Shown here piece by piece: positions 56,831 to 59,583 of a stretch of 59,583 nt of DNA. The stretch is from contig CASFUX010000134.1 of NCBI GenBank assembly GCA_949297975.1, positions 1 to 59,583 on the forward strand. The letters are read 5' to 3'. Made by a program: the position numbers and the translations under genes. This DNA is from an uncultured Bacteroidales bacterium. Lineage in GTDB: Bacteria > Bacteroidota > Bacteroidia > Bacteroidales > Paludibacteraceae. The notes under the pieces are model-generated. The model did no database searches. It saw only the letters and a program-made list of their open reading frames with translations, and was not told the DNA's origin. Each line of letters opens with the position of its first letter. Positions within the stretch are counted from its first letter, which is position 1.

Positions 56831-57040
56831 CCTACTAGTTTCCCGGTCATCGTCCTATAGTTTCTTGACCAACGTCCTATAGTTTCTTTGTTAACATTTG
56901 ACGTTTTTCGCACTTAATACATTCTTGTCCAGCAGCGAACACCCTATTGCAAACCCGAAAACAAACTATAGTATCTTGGTCATCATCCTATAGTTTCCTG
57001 ACGAACGTCCTATAGTTTCTTTGTCGGTTTTCTATAGGTC
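56831..57040. repeat. Tandem array D, 22-bp units (CGTCCTATAGTTTCTTGRYCAW) in two clusters with a decayed middle
   Basis: TAG anchors at 56836, 56858, 56880 and 56969, 56991, 57013, 57035. Confidence 0.85.
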
Positions 57041-57238
57041 ACCTCTAAATCCCCTCCCGATAAATCGGGATAAATTCCGGAGACTTTTTCATGTCCGCCT
57101 TTTGTAGTGACATGGCGTGCCGTGTCTCGGCGGCCGCGTCTGAAATGCTAACCGCAGAGAACGGGATTTTTTTACCGCAAAGAGCGCGAAGGGCGCAAAG
57201 AGATTTGTGCGACATGGTAAGAATACTATTGACCATAG

Positions 57239-57377
57239 GCGAGTTCGGGATAGATATTGGATACATTTGCTTATTGTCTGTGCTTTAATACTTCACCCCG
57301 AACCCCTCTCTCCGAGGAGATAGGTTAGGGATGAGGTGGTTAGTAGATAGGACTGCATTATCTTATCCCGAACTGCG
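57239..57377 (+). mobile_element. Empty 139-bp copy of the AGTTCGGGATA MITE with a central CCCCTCTC/GAG..AGG hairpin
   Basis: GCGAGTTCGGGATA ... TATCCCGAACTGCG. Confidence 0.8.
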
Positions 57378-57620
57378 TAAGTCTTAGAAAAACTTTCTCC
57401 CCTTTCATAAAAATTCAAACAAAATCCATCGGTTATTTGTTTTGTATGCTGAAAGCATGTATTTTTGCCTGTCATTGAGGGAGTGCTTCTTAACCGCATC
57501 TTAACCTGTACGCAACCGGTGATTAATGCCTTGCGCGTTATTTTGCACCTTGAAATAGATGGGGAAGGTTTTGCTTATACAATTTAACATAATAATACAA
57601 ACAATTTAAATTTTAAGGTG

Positions 57621-59339
57621 ATGAAGAAGTTTACTTTTTTGAAAAGTTTGTTCCTGGCTGCCATCTTGGCGGTAGGGAGCAGCAGCGTATGGGCACAGGA
57701 TGTGACAATTTGGAGCGAAGATTGGTCATCAGGAAGCAGGAATCAAACTCCGAGTGAAGTCAATAGCACTTTATACACACAAACTGGAAGCGGAACAAAA
57801 CTTTACGCAGATGCACTTGCTGGTGGCACTTCCCCGGAATTACTATTGGCAAAAAGTGGTGGTACATGGACTGTAACACTAACGGATTTAAAAGGTGCAG
57901 AAGGTGGGGCTACTTTGACGTTCAAAAACAACAACAATACTCGGACAACGGTATCATCATCTTCAACCGGCATCACAGTCGGAACTCGTGATACATCCGT
58001 GGACAAAGTAACGACCTATCCTATCACCATAGCCGCCGGAACAAAAGAAATGGTACTTGTATTCAAAAACACCGCCACCAGCAATGTACGTATAGATGAT
58101 GTGGTTTTAACTGGGAAAGCAACACTTCCTACGATAGAAGCAATCGAAAGCGTCACTTTTACAGATGTCGCCGTAGGTGCTACAGCCGAACAAGAAATCA
58201 CTGTTATTGCTGCTAACTTAACCGACAAGATTACGATAGCAGTCACAGGCGAAGGATTTGCTACTGATGCGCAGGAAATGGAAACAACGGGAGGTACATT
58301 GAAAGTTTCCTACAGCCCTGCTGCTTTAGGTTCACACACGGGCACGCTCACCTTAACAAGCGGAGAAACCACAGCTACCGTTGCTTTGTCGGGCAATGCG
58401 GTCTTGGGTACTCCTGCAGCTTTGGATGCCGAGAGCGTAACCGCCAATTCGTTTGTGGCTAAGTGGGAAGAGCTGGACGGAGCCACCTCTTATTTGCTGG
58501 ATGTGTATTCTGGTGAAGTATTCCTTGCAGAAGCATTCGACAACATGGAGGGTGAAGGAGGAAACGATGGGAAATGGGATGACATAAACCCAAGCGCAGT
58601 AGCTGAAGCAGATTTCCCCGGTTGGGAAACTGAGCGGGTATACGAAAGTAAAGGTTGCATCAAATTGGGGTCATCAAGCAAAAAAGGCAGCATTACCACT
58701 CCGGCACTGGGGTTGAATGGCGATGCTACGCTCACGTTCCGAGCCGGAGCATGGGATGGTGATAATACTACATTGGCACTTTCCATTGCAGGTGGCGGAA
58801 CATTAAGTGAAACTTCTGTAACAATGCAAAACGGTCAATTTACGGAATATAGCATAAGTATTACGGGTGGTACTACTAACACTCGTATAACATTTGAAGG
58901 GGCACAAGATAGCAAAAACCGTTTCTTCTTGGATGACATAATGGTGGATAATTTAGTTAGAGTAGACGGCTACCCGCAAGATGTAACTGGCACTTCGCAC
59001 GAGGTAACCGGCTTGACCCCGGCCACGGAATATTCCTACGCGGTAACGGCCAAAGCCAATGAAGAAACTTCGCCTGTGTCGAATGAAATATCCGTAACTA
59101 CGTTGAACGATGAAGGTCACGGTACGGGCATTGCCTCGGTAACCGTTGACGGCCTTTATGCCGTGAACGGCACCATCTACTTCAACGCCGTTGCAGGCGA
59201 ACGGGTGGAAGTAATCAACACCCTCGGCCAATGCGTATACGCGGGCGCGACTGTTGACGGCCTGAACAGCGTGGCCGTGGAAGTCGGCATCGTGGTCGTG
59301 AAAGTGGGCAACAGCGTAGGCAAGGTGGTGGTGAAGTAA
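57621..59339 (+). CDS. T9SS-type secreted surface protein: two beta-sandwich domains, Ig-like domain, split FN3, CTD-like tail
   Basis: Signal peptide MKKFTFLKSLFLAAIL; two domains ending RIDDV / FFLDDI; FN3 motifs (SFVAKW...ATSYLLDV; VTGLTPATEYSYAVTA...SNEISVTT); tail VEVINTLGQ...VGKVVVK. Confidence 0.8.
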   Translation: MKKFTFLKSLFLAAILAVGSSSVWAQDVTIWSEDWSSGSRNQTPSEVNSTLYTQTGSGTKLYADALAGGTSPELLLAKSGGTWTVTLTDLKGAEGGATLTFKNNNNTRTTVSSSSTGITVGTRDTSVDKVTTYPITIAAGTKEMVLVFKNTATSNVRIDDVVLTGKATLPTIEAIESVTFTDVAVGATAEQEITVIAANLTDKITIAVTGEGFATDAQEMETTGGTLKVSYSPAALGSHTGTLTLTSGETTATVALSGNAVLGTPAALDAESVTANSFVAKWEELDGATSYLLDVYSGEVFLAEAFDNMEGEGGNDGKWDDINPSAVAEADFPGWETERVYESKGCIKLGSSSKKGSITTPALGLNGDATLTFRAGAWDGDNTTLALSIAGGGTLSETSVTMQNGQFTEYSISITGGTTNTRITFEGAQDSKNRFFLDDIMVDNLVRVDGYPQDVTGTSHEVTGLTPATEYSYAVTAKANEETSPVSNEISVTTLNDEGHGTGIASVTVDGLYAVNGTIYFNAVAGERVEVINTLGQCVYAGATVDGLNSVAVEVGIVVVKVGNSVGKVVVK

Positions 59340-59369
59340 AGCCTTCCCTTAGCAAATAGTAATCTCAAC

Positions 59370-59407
59370 AAAAACAGCCGCTTCGTTATAGAAGCGGCTG
59401 TTTTTTT
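59370..59407 (+). terminator. Intrinsic terminator
   Basis: AAAAACAGCCGCTTC-gttata-GAAGCGGCTGTTTTTTT. Confidence 0.9.
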
Positions 59408-59425
59408 ATTTGCGAATGACGCTGC

Positions 59426-59583
59426 ACGAGTTCGGGATAAGAGAATGCAGCCCTATCAGTTAACCACCTTGCCCCTCACCCCTCTCCCTAGGAGGCTGTG
59501 TGAAAACTACGAAACAAGTCCGTCGTCATTTCGACCGTAGGGAGACACGAAGTTGAGCGTAAGCTAAATCCCCCTCTACAACG
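59426..59583 (-). mobile_element. Inverted, filled copy of the AGTTCGGGATA MITE, truncated by the window end
   Basis: Matches the reverse complement of about 56367-56504, with an extra insert of about 21 bp at 59546-59566. Confidence 0.8.

Noticed and set aside
1242-57040. The 22-23 bp arrays as CRISPR or other guide-RNA arrays
   Set aside because: Units are directly adjacent with no unique spacers, there are only a few units per array, and no cas or other effector gene is in the window.
56229-57499. Short ORFs in the repeat-rich gap (similarly 1162-1536, 14879-15142, 17931-18293)
   Set aside because: They are translations of repeat modules with no coding signature.

Overview
This is a chromosomal window from a GC-rich Bacteroidales bacterium, judged from TAnnTTTG promoters, T9SS cargo proteins and a SusC/SusD pair. 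Bases 1-17 kb hold a beta-1,3-glucan-type polysaccharide utilisation locus: a truncated CBM6/PKD/T9SS protein, SusC, SusD, a Big_2 lipoprotein, three GH16 enzymes, a GH128-CBM lipoprotein, an unknown FN3/T9SS protein and a DUF6377 (SusR-like) regulator, followed by a convergent GH43. Bases 18-56 kb are mostly core genes (aroA, skp x2, bamA, uppS, porG-like, aroC, slyD, lptD-like, lpxB, surE, gldF-like, folE, rnhB, cvpA, secDF, tRNA-Ser(GCT), mltG, murB, miaA, dnaA, mlaD, amidase), with two AT-rich accessory gene pairs and a final T9SS-type surface protein. The most striking signal is non-coding. Many intergenic gaps contain gene-less repeat modules: GTAG-type REP palindromes, 7-bp arms, 9-9-10-bp arms, four unrelated arrays with a 22(-23)-bp period, and TIR-bounded MITEs. 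These modules recur in a conserved order, nest inside one another (filled and empty copies lie 1 kb apart) and sometimes supply stop codons or termini of neighbouring genes. Other oddities are an apparent compensated double frameshift in an alpha/beta hydrolase and an exact 16-bp copy of the tRNA-Ser 3' end beside an AT-rich lipoprotein pair. No transposase, integrase, CRISPR or rRNA was found. All calls come from reading motifs by eye; no searches were run and GC statements are visual estimates.
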